From Tricharina praecox (lineage: Eukaryota), in the NCBI RefSeq assembly GCF_024521635.1, contig NW_026250435.1, forward strand, positions 248,001-312,000: 64,000 nt of DNA, written 5' to 3'. The notes under the pieces were generated by a model. The model was not told where the DNA came from, ran no database searches, and saw nothing but the letters and a program-made list of their open reading frames with translations. The position numbers were made by a program, and so were the translations under genes. Every line of letters starts with the position of its first letter. The stretch's first letter is position 1. Positions 1 to 10,841 of the stretch are shown one piece after another.

Positions 1-2210
1 AAGCCGGCAGAAGTACGTGGACGTTTGCGGGGTGGGGGACGGACGTCGACAAAGGTCTAGACATCAGCCAACCTCGGTAATGTGCGGTGTGCTGGACGTG
101 GGGTGACCGGCGCATGCGATTGCGGGCGGAGCCTATGCCCGCAATTTTGATTTGTTTTGGTGTGGAGGAAGGCGGTGCATAGGTTTGCACTCGGAGGTGG
201 GGTGCGGCTGGTGGTGAGTTTTGGTGACGGCGTTGCACAGCAGTGATCCTAAGGTTCGTCAGTACGTACTCGACCAATGGGTCTCTGGAGTCTCCGGTAC
301 CTCTAACGAAACTCATACCCGTGATTCCAAGATTACAGGATTCGGTTATCTTTAGGTGACACCAATCTCCACACAGTTGTATGGCTAGGTATATCGTAGT
401 CTCATGGTAAAGAATCAAGCTCGGCAATTAGGAACTTGAGCCTACGTTGAGGAGGCTGATCCAGCGAGTAATGGTGCCTCGATTTTCAGTGCTTCCACCT
501 CCCTTTCGCCACCAATGTTTTGCCCGCCCGAGTGGTAAAGTGCTGCGGCCGGACACCTTCATACAATGAGGATGTATGGGGCGTTGACCGCCGATTCTGC
601 CCCGCTAGTCGTACTCAATACCCCATTCGCCGTCGACTGAGATCCACACATCAGCACTCGGCTTCCCAAAAAAGCCCTTAACCCTAAGACCTTCCAGCGT
701 CATGAGCGATCACACGTGTTGGCTCAAAATTCTCCCCAAGAAAAAAAGAAAAAAAGACGGTGGAGGTATAATACTTACAGGCGCAAAGGAGATGGGTGGT
801 GTGACAGTCTCGATGTGTCAGTACGCTACTTTTCAGGTAGGGTAGGAAGTAGGACTTCCCAGGGAAACGGGTGCGGGCAGACAGCTCACGGGTTGATCTC
901 GAGAGAAGCCCGTTATTCTTGCCACCCACACCCGAGGACAATCGTCCGAAGGCTTTTCCTTTGAAATATAAAGGGAGTACTGAGAGAGAGAGAGACCTAA
1001 AATAACGAGAGATAAGTATTTCGTGGAGATGTCTCGGGCGAGCACTCGCACTCGTTCGAGGAGCACCAGCGAATGGACTTCTGATCGATAAGGTAGCGTG
1101 GAAAAAGATGTATTGGCGGCCTTCCGAGTCAGTGCACCAGTTTTTCGAGGGCTCTTTGCCATTGAATCTCTAGGCCCGACGAGGAAGGAAGCGCACACAG
1201 AGGAGAGATAGGAGATGGGGGGTTGGCCGTCTATTCGATAGATGCTGATCAAGAGAGAAGAGGAAAAAGCAGACGAAGAAGAAACGGCCCCACTGGACCC
1301 ATTCGGACGACCCCGCCATGGCCGCCAACGTTGATGCCCACCACTAACCACATTCGTTTCCTCCCGCCGACAGCTTCTCAATCGCTCTGCCACAGTGGCA
1401 ATCATCGTGAGAGAAGCAGCTGCTGGCTCCTTGGTTTGTTTACGGTTGTCGCCTCGGTGGAGAGCTGAATGGGGCCCGGGAGTCGCAACCTGAATGGGTC
1501 TCACAGGCAATATAACACCTTGGAATCGTGTGACGAGTCGCTTTAGTACCTTACATCGTGTTCCGTTCAACTCTGCGTCAATGGAGCCCGGACAATAAGG
1601 CCCGTTTTACTTGTTCCATGCACGCGGCACTATCGTCTGCAATGCCCCTTTCAATGCCCCTTTCACTCACGTAGCGTGATTGTCTGCAATGTTCCATTCA
1701 ATATCCCATTCACTACACCTGCATATCCACCTTCGTGCTCTGGAGGATGTCGAGTGCAATGCCATGCCCAGCTTTGCAACCCGGGAAAGCATGCTGTCAG
1801 CTGTATGGCTTCGACAGACAGACAGGTTCCGCGTATGTACCCGACGAGACCGTCACTTGTGCGCTCACCATGGCCAGTAGGGTATGTAGACGTTCCGATC
1901 ACGGGGTTTCGAGGGGAAGCCTCCGCAGCTGCCGCACCCGAGCGATGTTGGATAGTGTGGGACCCAGCGGGAACGTTGGTTTGGCGAGGCCGCAAGATGC
2001 TTGACCTGCGGATTTGATTGGGACCCTCGGGCCAGAGGTGGAGACCGGGTTGAGACCTGGTGGGACCAGCTTTTCCAGGGGTTCGGACTTGGGCGGACAG
2101 AGGCGATTGTCGTTGATGTGATGATGGCATGGGATGTTGTGATGACGGGCTTTGATGGGAGGGAGTGTCTTTGTTTTTATTCATTCATTGGTTGCATGCG
2201 ACCTACATTG

Positions 2211-2464
2211 TGACCCCGGCTCCTCGACCTCAGCACCCTCCTCCTCCTCTCGCCTCAGCTCTGCCTCCCTTTCTTCCCGCTCCCTGAGCTCCCACTCGGA
2301 TACCTCACTCGCTACATCTTCCTCAGCGGCCCATAGCATCCATCTGCCCACATCAGTGGTAGAGATGAAAGCCAAGATAGCCTGGCTGCATCACTCGTCT
2401 GCGAAGAGGTCCCGGATTTTGAAGCGGTCTTTGCCCCTCCCTGTCTTCTTTCAGACCTCTGCCC
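2211..2464 (-). mobile_element. Degenerate 3' fragment of a non-LTR (LINE-like) retrotransposon ORF
   Basis: Minus strand reads TGRGKDRFKIRDLFADE*CSQAILAFISTTDVGRWMLWAAEEDVASEVSEWEL with an in-frame stop. It is clearly homologous to 17605-17905 (+) and resembles the C-terminal tail of fungal LINE ORF2 proteins. Confidence 0.6.
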
Positions 2465-3219
2465 GTAGTGTCAATGGGAGGGAGTGAGCAGTAGTGGGAG
2501 CGAGCGGATTGTAACAGGCGGAGTGCTTCAACATCCCGGAGATACTTTGAGGTTTTCGGCATGAAGAACACAGGCTGCTTTCTTTTCTTGTTGCTCTCTA
2601 TATAGTCAATTCAATTGGTCACCCCAGTTGCCTGTACCCGTCGGAGGTCTCTCAATAGCTATGTCGGAACTTGGCTTGTCCTTGCTTAATCTTCAGTGCC
2701 CCCGTGGTTCGTTTCCCCCGTGCAGCACTCGGCTTGATCGTAGTGCTGGGTCGCTGATGGACTCCATAGACTCGGCCAACACTGTACATACCGGTACCAC
2801 ATGCCGGCGACGAAACAGATATAAGCTTGTTGGCAGCTACAGTCTGAGGTGATTGGACACTACAAAGAAGGGAAACAGAGTATCAGGAGATCTGCCTAGG
2901 CGGAGCATTGGTTGCGACCAAAACGCAGATATCGTGCTCATAATACATCATCCGCTTTTCCAATCTTGTCATCCATTTTCAAATTGAAGTGATGGATTAT
3001 GACTAGCCTTGGGCCGGGCCTAGTGTTGGATGTATATCCACATCTCTGTTTGGCATATGGTAAGCTGCCTCTTGTGCGGCTCTCGCGGACTTGTCAAGGG
3101 TCATTGACGATTGCGGGCTGGCCAAATAGCTATCAAAGAAACAATCACATTGCAGTCATAGAATCACTACCGTCAGGTCTGTGCTAAGGTGGGATTCATC
3201 GATGCTACAATCATACGAC

Positions 3220-4377
3220 CTACTCCTCAAATACAAACACCTGCTTCTTTCCGCTATATGCCTGCCCACTCTTCGCGACCGCAGCCTTGAGTACATCCTC
3301 CTTGGTCTCACTGTTCCACACCGTCTTCTCGACTGGCACGTCCTTGAACTCTCCACGCTGAATCATCCCAAAGATCTCCTCGACCATTTCGCGCTTCGCC
3401 TCCGGGTTGGCATCGCTCCATCTCGACACCCAGAATCCATGAGCATGAATGTCCTTAAAGATCAGGGAGCTTGCCGAAACCATGAGCGGCTGTTTAGCCA
3501 TAGCGCCATACGTAACGACATGCCCGCCCTCGCCCATGTGTCGAATCAGCTCCGTTGCGGACTTGCCGCCAACGCAGTTAAGGCCCAGCTGGAGCCCTTT
3601 CCCACCAGTCAACTCCTTCATCTGCTTCCGGAACGTCCGGTCCGCCAGCTCCTCCTCGGTGATGACCATGTCCGCGCCCAGCGCCTTCAGTTCCTCCTTT
3701 AGCGCGTCGATCTCGGGCCGCTTGCGAACAACGTTGACACTCTTCAGCCCCCACAGCCTGCCCAGCTGGATCGCCGCCCTACCCACGCCCGAGTTCCCGC
3801 CGTTCTGGATGAACCAGTCACCCTTCTCCAGCGGCTTGAAGTTCTTCAACATGCAGTACGCCGTGCACGGGTTGACGCTCACCGTCGCGGCGGACACGAC
3901 TCCCAGGTCTCGGAACTTCTCCGGGATCTTGAGAAGGTTCTTATCCGAGGCGAGGGCATGTGTTCGCCACGTTCCGAACGCCGTGTGCTTCATGATCGCA
4001 CGGTCTCCGGGCTTAAAGTCCTTCACGTTTGCGCCCACGGAGACAACTTCAACTACGCCCTCGTTTCCGGGGACCGCCGCGGGTGTGGGAGTCCCCAGGT
4101 TGATGGTCATTGCCGGCTTGGTGGGGTAGACCCCCTCGATCTGGTTGATGTCTGCCGGATTGATCGGCGCGGCGAGGAATTTGATGACGATCTCGGAACC
4201 GTAGACGGGAGAAATCGAATGGGAGTGGAGCTTCAGGACGTCGCTGGGCTGGCCGTAGTCACTGAAGATCAGCGCTTTCGCTTGGGTGTAGCCGAAGGTG
4301 GAGGCATGGCGGCGAAGAGCGGTAGCGTGGAGTCGTGTTGGCGTAGGCCGTAGGAGGAGGCGAAGTGTTGAGGCCAT
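3220..4377 (-). CDS. ETR1: Mitochondrial trans-2-enoyl-[ACP/CoA] reductase (MDR family), intronless, 385 aa
   Basis: Arg-rich presequence MASTLRLLLRP. Motifs APINPADINQIEGVYP, GNEGV, SVNPCTAY, QNGGNSGVG, LNCVGG, VTYGAM and GFWV are typical of Etr1/MECR. Confidence 0.93.
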   Translation of the reverse strand: MASTLRLLLRPTPTRLHATALRRHASTFGYTQAKALIFSDYGQPSDVLKLHSHSISPVYGSEIVIKFLAAPINPADINQIEGVYPTKPAMTINLGTPTPAAVPGNEGVVEVVSVGANVKDFKPGDRAIMKHTAFGTWRTHALASDKNLLKIPEKFRDLGVVSAATVSVNPCTAYCMLKNFKPLEKGDWFIQNGGNSGVGRAAIQLGRLWGLKSVNVVRKRPEIDALKEELKALGADMVITEEELADRTFRKQMKELTGGKGLQLGLNCVGGKSATELIRHMGEGGHVVTYGAMAKQPLMVSASSLIFKDIHAHGFWVSRWSDANPEAKREMVEEIFGMIQRGEFKDVPVEKTVWNSETKEDVLKAAVAKSGQAYSGKKQVFVFEE

Positions 4378-4678
4378 TCTTGGGGAGGTGGTTGGATTTA
4401 GAGTTGAAGAAGGTGGTTTCACTCGTTTTCGGGAAAGCCGTCAGTTGGCCAATCCGTTCGTGCGACCGAAAAAGACCAGGGCCTGGCCGGTGATGTCACT
4501 CCCGCTTTCTGCCGAGAACCGATCCACGAATCACGTACAAGGACCAACGCAGCAAAAAAATTATTAGAGCCAGCAGGTGGCATTTCTTCTCCACTTTTCC
4601 CCACATCTTCGAAGCAGCATCGCCCATCGTATCGCATTTCCTTTGTCTTCTAGGCAGACGCATAGATCGACAACAATC

Positions 4679-5681
4679 ATGGCCGACCTCTACTTTCCGC
4701 GTACCCGCGATGACGATGAAATCTCCCTCATCTCCATGCGTGAGGTGATACCTTCGCCCATCGACTATGACGACGACGATGATGAGTTTGACATCACCGA
4801 CTCTTCGCCCTCGACGCCGACAATGTCCAAATCGCAGACCCTCCCCCACAATCTCAGCAACCTCGGCGGCAGCACTGGCGGTGGACGTGGTTTGGCATTC
4901 TGGCGTTAGTCCCCCCCGGAGACCCACTCCCCACTCCCCACTCCCCACCTCCGCAGAACCTCGAGCTAATCAATCCCCTGTAGTTGTCCGAACACAAAAA
5001 TACAGCGCCTACGCCTTCCTCTCATTCGTCGGCATTCACGGATGCACCTCCGCGCTAACGCCTCTTCTCCTCGGCGTGGACAGCGGCAACTCCTCCCTCC
5101 TCCTCGCGCGCACATACTTCTACCAAGCCACTCCCTACACAGAGCTTCTGCTGATCCCGGGGACATTGCTGTTGCATCTCACATCAAGCGTTGCGCTTCG
5201 AGTGTACCGCCACTTTGCGCAGCGGGCACGATACGGTGGCCGGGCTCCGTTGTCTTTGTCAACGTGGCGCTGGAGAAATTTCTCCGCGGTCTCGAAGACG
5301 GGATGGATTGCAGTGCCGTTTCTGGCGGCTCATGCAGGGTTGATGAGACTGGTCCCACTGTGCGTTGATGGAGACAGTAGTCAGGTGGGATTGGAGTACC
5401 TGGCACATGGGTTCTGGCAGGGACGGTGGGGGAAGTGGATCGGTGGCGTCTTCTATGTTGGCTTTGTGGGTGTCGTGAGTCATCATCTCGTGTATGGACT
5501 CGCGTCCTACTGGAAAATACCGCCGCAGCGGAAGAGAAAGTTGCTTGGTGCTGCAACGGTGGGGACGGCGGCGCTGTGGCTGGGCGGGCTGTCGAGGGTG
5601 GTCGTACAAAGTGGACGCGTTGGAGGATATCTGGGCAGACATTATGACCACTTTTACCAGGTGTTCTTTAGAAGAGTCTGA
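4679..5681 (+). CDS. MCP1: Mitochondrial outer-membrane adapter Mcp1-like protein (DUF1691-type), 2 exons (intron 4905-4983)
   Basis: Intron GTTAGT...GCTAAT...TAG joins ...GLAFW to LVRTQKYSAYAFLSFVGIH. Conserved LLLARTYFYQ, LHLTSSVALR, VDGDSSQVGLEYLAHGF and several hydrophobic segments follow. Confidence 0.8.
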
Positions 5682-5959
5682 GGATGGCGTTGTGTATGTA
5701 CTTGATATCCAGGCTGCGGGGGGGGAGGGGTTTTGCTTTTGGTTTCGGCGTCAATTTTTGATCTCTTTCCTACATTGTAAGCTTTACGAATGATATGATG
5801 ACGATGATGACCGCCTTGATGCTTTGCGCAGAATAGCAGTAATAGAACCAATCTAAAGGATACGAGTGCACCGTGATGGCAAAGAATAAAACACCAATCC
5901 CCAAACAAACCGGGTAGATCCAAACCCCAATAAACTACGTTCGCCCCACGCAACGCACA

Positions 5960-6391
5960 TCAGACCCCCGTCGGCCTCTCGGGATCATACCTCTCCCAGC
6001 CCTCATCCTCACTCTCACTCTCCACCACGCCCTCATGCTCCCGCTCGCGCTCCTCCATCTTCGCGGCCGGTGGCGCACCATCAATCTTGACCTCGCCACC
6101 CCCAAACGCACTCCTGAACCCACCCTTCTTCTTCGCGCCTGCCGCGCCATCGCCGAGGGAAATGGGCTTTATCCCGCCGTGTTCCAGCGACGCGCGCCGA
6201 GGCCGCGCAATCGGCTTCTGTAACGCCTTCATCTCTTGGAATCGCTTCTTGTGCTGGTGGTCGTAACTGTTCTCGTGCGCTTCGTATTCGTGGACTCGAC
6301 TGTACCCTTTGCTGCATAAAGTGCAGTAGAACGCGAAGCGCGCTTCCCGTGCGGAGGCGGTTAGAGGCGGGGGGAGGGTCGCGCGGGACAT
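5960..6391 (-). CDS. Small C2H2 (matrin/JAZ-type) zinc-finger protein, GPATCH8/ZNF804-like finger, 143 aa
   Basis: FYCTLCSKGYSRVHEYEAHENSYDHQHKKR finger, KKKGGFRSAFG motif and acidic tail ending YDPERPT. Confidence 0.85.
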   Translation of the reverse strand: MSRATLPPPLTASAREARFAFYCTLCSKGYSRVHEYEAHENSYDHQHKKRFQEMKALQKPIARPRRASLEHGGIKPISLGDGAAGAKKKGGFRSAFGGGEVKIDGAPPAAKMEEREREHEGVVESESEDEGWERYDPERPTGV

Positions 6392-6398
6392 TGTGGGG

Positions 6399-6449
6399 GT
6401 GGTTGTGGTTGTGGTTGTGGTTGTGGTTGTGGTTGTGGTTGTGGTTGTG
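6399..6449. repeat. (GGTTGT)n hexanucleotide microsatellite just upstream of the zinc-finger ATG
   Basis: About 8 direct copies visible. Confidence 0.9.
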
Positions 6450-7349
6450 GGCCAGGGGGGTGGTGGTAGTTGTTGTGGTCGTGGTGGGATGGTGCTGGTA
6501 GGATGGTGCTGGTAGGATGATACTGGTCAGTGGTAACGACGGTGTGGTGTTGGATTAGAGTAGGAGCTAGGCCCCGCGTTTAGTGCCCATGGCCGGTGTC
6601 GACCTGAGTGGCGCTCCGCCACATGTCAGCTTGGATCGATAAGGTGGAGTATGTAAACGCCAGTTCCCGCCGCCCGAGCCTCACAAGCCACCCTCTATTG
6701 TTTGCTTTTTTCTTTCGTTTTTGAAGAAGATTTCCCGATGGGAAATAAAAAGATAAATACTCGGTTTTATATTTACTACTTCTTACGGCCGCAACCTACT
6801 CTATCGACGGTATGCATTGTAATCAATCTCTCATTGTCAGAACAGCTCGCCCGTCGAGTTTTATTGGAGGCAAAGCGGACGCCAGTCCAAGTCCTGTTTT
6901 CTATGCGGGGATCTGAAGATTTCGGAGGATTATGTTTGCATGTGGTCTGAACAACGGCGCTAGTTACACCGAGCATCACTCGCCGAGGAAGATATCGTGA
7001 AGCGATCTGATTTGCGCACGTAGCGAGCCGGGACTGAAGATTGAAACAAGACGGCCACTATGGACTTACTGAGGAAGTCTCTGGTAGAAAGGGCTGATAC
7101 CTACCTAATTAAAAGGATCATGGTGTTGAATGTAACTAATTGTAGTTGCTGGGTGTGCGGGACGTCACGTTCTAGGTATTGCGTGGGTCTGGTTGGTGTA
7201 TCTCATAATACCACAGATTCAATCGCGCGCAGGTCTTCGCCGAGACCAGGCCAAATCAATCGGAGCCCAGACCAAATCGACAGGAGCCCAATCACGCCAT
7301 GGAATGTCCCGACCGTCCATACGATTGCGTCTGAAGACCATGGGCACAT

Positions 7350-7357
7350 CTATAAAT
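7350..7357 (+). promoter_or_regulatory. TATA box of the small CAAX gene
   Basis: CTATAAAT about 150 nt upstream of ATG 7504, followed by a CA-rich leader. Confidence 0.55.
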
Positions 7358-7503
7358 CTCGGGCCATCCCCCCCTTCTCCATCTCCACTCATAACCTCCA
7401 GCATCAAAATCAGCTATCGAACAGTATAACAAAGCTTCCACACATCATCCATCGAACAACATCACCACAAAGCTTCCACACATTCGATACGAACGTTTTC
7501 ACG

Positions 7504-7748
7504 ATGCAGCCAAACGACAACATCATCACCACGATCATAGTCGCCATCGCTACAGCCCCGACGACAAGTTCACCCGCCGTGCGGGACGACGATATCGACA
7601 CCGATCCGGTCGATATGGGACGGCGCAATGGTCAGGGTATGTACCATACTTCTTCTCTCGCCGCTTCGCCTTCTGCTCTGCGGTTTCTGGCTGTGGACGC
7701 TAACGATAGGATTACTGTGAAATAGTATTCATGTGCATCATAATGTAA
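7504..7748 (+). CDS. Putative a-factor-type lipopeptide pheromone precursor, 51 aa, CAAX end (exons 7504-7636 and 7726-7748)
   Basis: Donor G|GTATGT at 7637, branch GCTAAC at 7699-7704 and acceptor AATAG at 7725 give MQPNDNIITTIIVAIATAPTTSSPAVRDDDIDTDPVDMGRRNGQVFMCIIM*. Confidence 0.65.
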
Positions 7749-8603
7749 AGTCGCTCGCTCACCCTCGTCGCCTACGAAACGAACCAAATTTACGACAACC
7801 GGCATAATTCCGAATCCCGAGCCCTTGTCGCTGGCCGTCGACATCAAGTTTATCAGCGAATATTTACATTTTGGTTCACTTGGGCGGAGAGGGTTGTTGG
7901 GATTTCAGCGCTGAGATTGGGGGCATTTTCGCTGGCGTTTATTTTCTGGGGTTCTTTTATGGAAGGCGCCTCTGTGTTGCGCCATGTATGTGTTATGGCT
8001 GGCGGACACGATGCAGTCCGGCCGTTAAACAGGAAATGTTTTCTTTTCTGTTTTTGATTTTGCTTTTCTATCCCAAGTCTTGTCTTGTCGGTCCGTCTCT
8101 TTTTCAACACATCAGACATTAATGGACCCCTTTTCTTTTCTTTGCTTTTCTATTCAATTGAATCATTTTCTAAATTTTCAACTCGTACATACCCGGTGGC
8201 AGGTATCTCAGTAGATGAGGGAAGTGCATTATTTTCCTCCCCCCGGCATTTGCGGGTTGAAGACCACGTTACTTGGGAGTCTTTGGTGATGTGGATTTCA
8301 CTTCAGCTTTCCGCCCGAGTCAGGAGCCAGTACTCTAAGGACATTTACGGGCCAATTTCAAGGCGTTTTAAGATCGGCTCGGAGGGGGTTCGATATGCAC
8401 GTAGAAGCTGTGCATGTTGTCCACAGCCAGCCCCCGCCCGACTATCGGTAGCTGCGAGTGGCCCGGCCTGGTCGATAAGATGGATTGACTGCCTGCTGCT
8501 TCGGCTGGTTGAAACAGCTTGGGGTGATACGGAAGTTGACAACAAAGTATGTACTGGTGTCATGACGACTAAAGCTCGAGTGAGACTTCGCAGTACTTAC
8601 TGA

Positions 8604-8686
8604 ATACTGTATAGTGAAGGGGAGGGTAAAAAATACGCTTTTTGGCGTATTTTTTACCCCCCCTCCCCCCCTTCACTACACAGTAT
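8604..8686. mobile_element. Fold-back inverted repeat, MITE-like, with TA at both ends
   Basis: ATACTGTATAGTGAAGGGG..GGGTAAAAAATACGC pairs with GCGTATTTTTTACCC..CCCCTTCACTACACAGTAT around a short T-rich loop. Confidence 0.55.
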
Positions 8687-9099
8687 GGATAACTCTACAA
8701 GTAAATCCACACACGCAAACCGATAAGCCTGGCTGCGTGGCCGGCTGAGCCAAGCAAATATCTAGCCCGGCCGGCCGCTTCAAGTAGCTTGGCTACGAAG
8801 CCCGGCCTTTCATGGCATAGGATGTGATTGTCCGATCTTATCTGATAACCGGCCTAGCGGCATCTGTCATCTGTTTTTCATCTAATTATATCTGCTCCAT
8901 CGGACCTTATCTCCTTCATCTAACCTTATCGGTGTCACGAGTCCGCCATCCGCCATCCGCAGCTCCCAGCTCCGACTCAGCCTACCAATCCGTCTACCGC
9001 CCACAGCAACCTCAACTCGTCTTCCACTTCGTCCACGAATCCGTCGCCCATACACATAACCGAACCTACCGTCCGACTGACCTCTACACTCCTACAGCC

Positions 9100-9921
9100 A
9101 TGTCCGGCCTCGAGAAAGCCCTTTTCCAGCTCAAAGTACGTCATCGTTCGGGCGTGCACCACCCCCGCCATCACTGGCTAACACCACGCACAGTTCACGG
9201 CCAAGTCACTGAACCGACAAGCCGCGAAAGCCGGCAAAGAGGAGACGGCCGAGAAAGCCAAGATCAAGAAGGCACGCCTCTAACATACCTCTTGTAACTT
9301 TTGACGTCCGCGCTAATGGTGGGGCGGGGGACGACAGGCGATGCAGCAGGGAAACAACGACATCGCCAAACTCTACGCGCAGAACGCAATCCGCAAACAG
9401 AACGAGCGGCTGAACCTTCTCCGGCTCGCGTCGCGCATCGATGCGGTCGCGAGTAGGGTGCAGACTGCTGTCACCATGAGACAGGTCTCCGGGAGCATGG
9501 CGAACGTGGTCAAGGGCATGGATGCGGCCATGAAGACGATGAATCTTGAGAGGGTGAGCCACGCGTGCGACGGTGGAAGTGAGATGCTGACTTGATGTCG
9601 GTGACAGATCTCGGTCGTGATGGACAAATTCGAGCAGCAGTTCGAGGACTTGGATGTTGCTGTGGGATACTACGAGAATGCCACTAGCTCTGCCACGGCC
9701 GTTGGGACGCCTCAGGAGGACGTGGATCGCCTCATGGGGAAGATTGCGGATGAGGCCGGGCTCGAGATGGAGCAGGACATGCCCGAGGCTACCAAGCACA
9801 AGGTCGGGCCGACTGAGCAGGAGGAGAATGGGTATGTACTCGTGTTCCGTGCGCGGACGGTTCTCTGGACTAACGGGACACATGTAGGCTTAATGAGCGG
9901 CTGCGGGCTCTGAGGGGGTAG
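9100..9921 (+). CDS. DID2: ESCRT-III-associated Did2/Vps46 (CHMP1), 5 exons
   Basis: [25 protein letters not shown]...[24 protein letters not shown]...[21 protein letters not shown]...[13 protein letters not shown], ending in the MIM1-like [10 protein letters not shown]. Confidence 0.93.
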
Positions 9922-10841
9922 ACCAATGATGGATAGCCTGGCAGGCTACGAAGGAAATCTGGGAACACCAGGTTGTCGATTACGGGCGTTTAGGCGTTGG
10001 TGCTTGGTCGTTTGGGGTTGCCCTTGTGTGCTCGTTTCTCATACTCGTCTCGATTATCCTACTACCTACTATAGCAAGAGCGGGGAGCGATGACAGGAAA
10101 TTTCAAGGAGTTTCTTTTCACGAATAGGGTTTATATCTGAAAGCAGTCAATTCTTTTATACACTACCATCCGTTCTACTTGTCGGCGCCTCCTTCTGCTG
10201 ATCTGCAATCCGGGAATGGTGTTGGTCCTCTTCGAATGCGCTCACGCTTCGGGGATGATTATGGCAGCTTCGATCGCTTCCGTTCTACTTGTTGCTTGTG
10301 GTACCCCAGCGACCGAGCCAACCCCCCTGGACGTTCCGTTATCAACTGCGTGTCGCCTGTCACGACTACATATCGCAATTACTAATACTGAACTGGCGCC
10401 TCCTTTCCCCCCTCAGTCCTGTTTGCGATCCCGATATCGGCTCGGCTCGACAGCGTCTCTATCCCGAGCTGGGTCCCTCGGCCGGCCGGCGTCGTGAATA
10501 CGCGGGAGTTCCAGTTCCGAGTGACACAACCACTGACCGGATGGCTTCTCGGAAAGAGTTGGCGCAGGGGTTCTTCTTCTTCTTCTTCTTCTTTTTCTTC
10601 GCGCAGTGCGGAAGCATTCACCGTGTTATGCGTACATACAACTTACGATTTGCGAAGTGGACGCTGCTAATATGCGTCTCTGGGTCTGAGTTTGAGTCTG
10701 AGTCTGAGTCTCTTCCGCCGGAACGTCCATTGCAATTAGATATTAAAAGATAAAAGCCCAGTGTACAGCCGGAGTATCGGCTACCTATCGCCATATCGAA
10801 TCCCGCTCCCCCTCCCCCCCCCCCCCCCCCACGCCACGCCA

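Noticed and set aside
833..2184. Minus-strand ORFs of 245 and 173 aa and a short degenerate duplication near 1630-1715
   Set aside because: No recognisable domain or consistent gene model; possibly a decayed gene or TE, but unsupported.
6731..6745. Palindrome TTTCCC-GAT-GGGAAA resembling an Mcm1 box
   Set aside because: Spacing is CC-N5-GG rather than the CC-N6-GG of a MADS/Mcm1 site.
7060..7725. 221-aa unspliced ORF spanning the pheromone candidate
   Set aside because: Starts upstream of the TATA box and reads through an evident intron; the ATG 7504 spliced model fits better.
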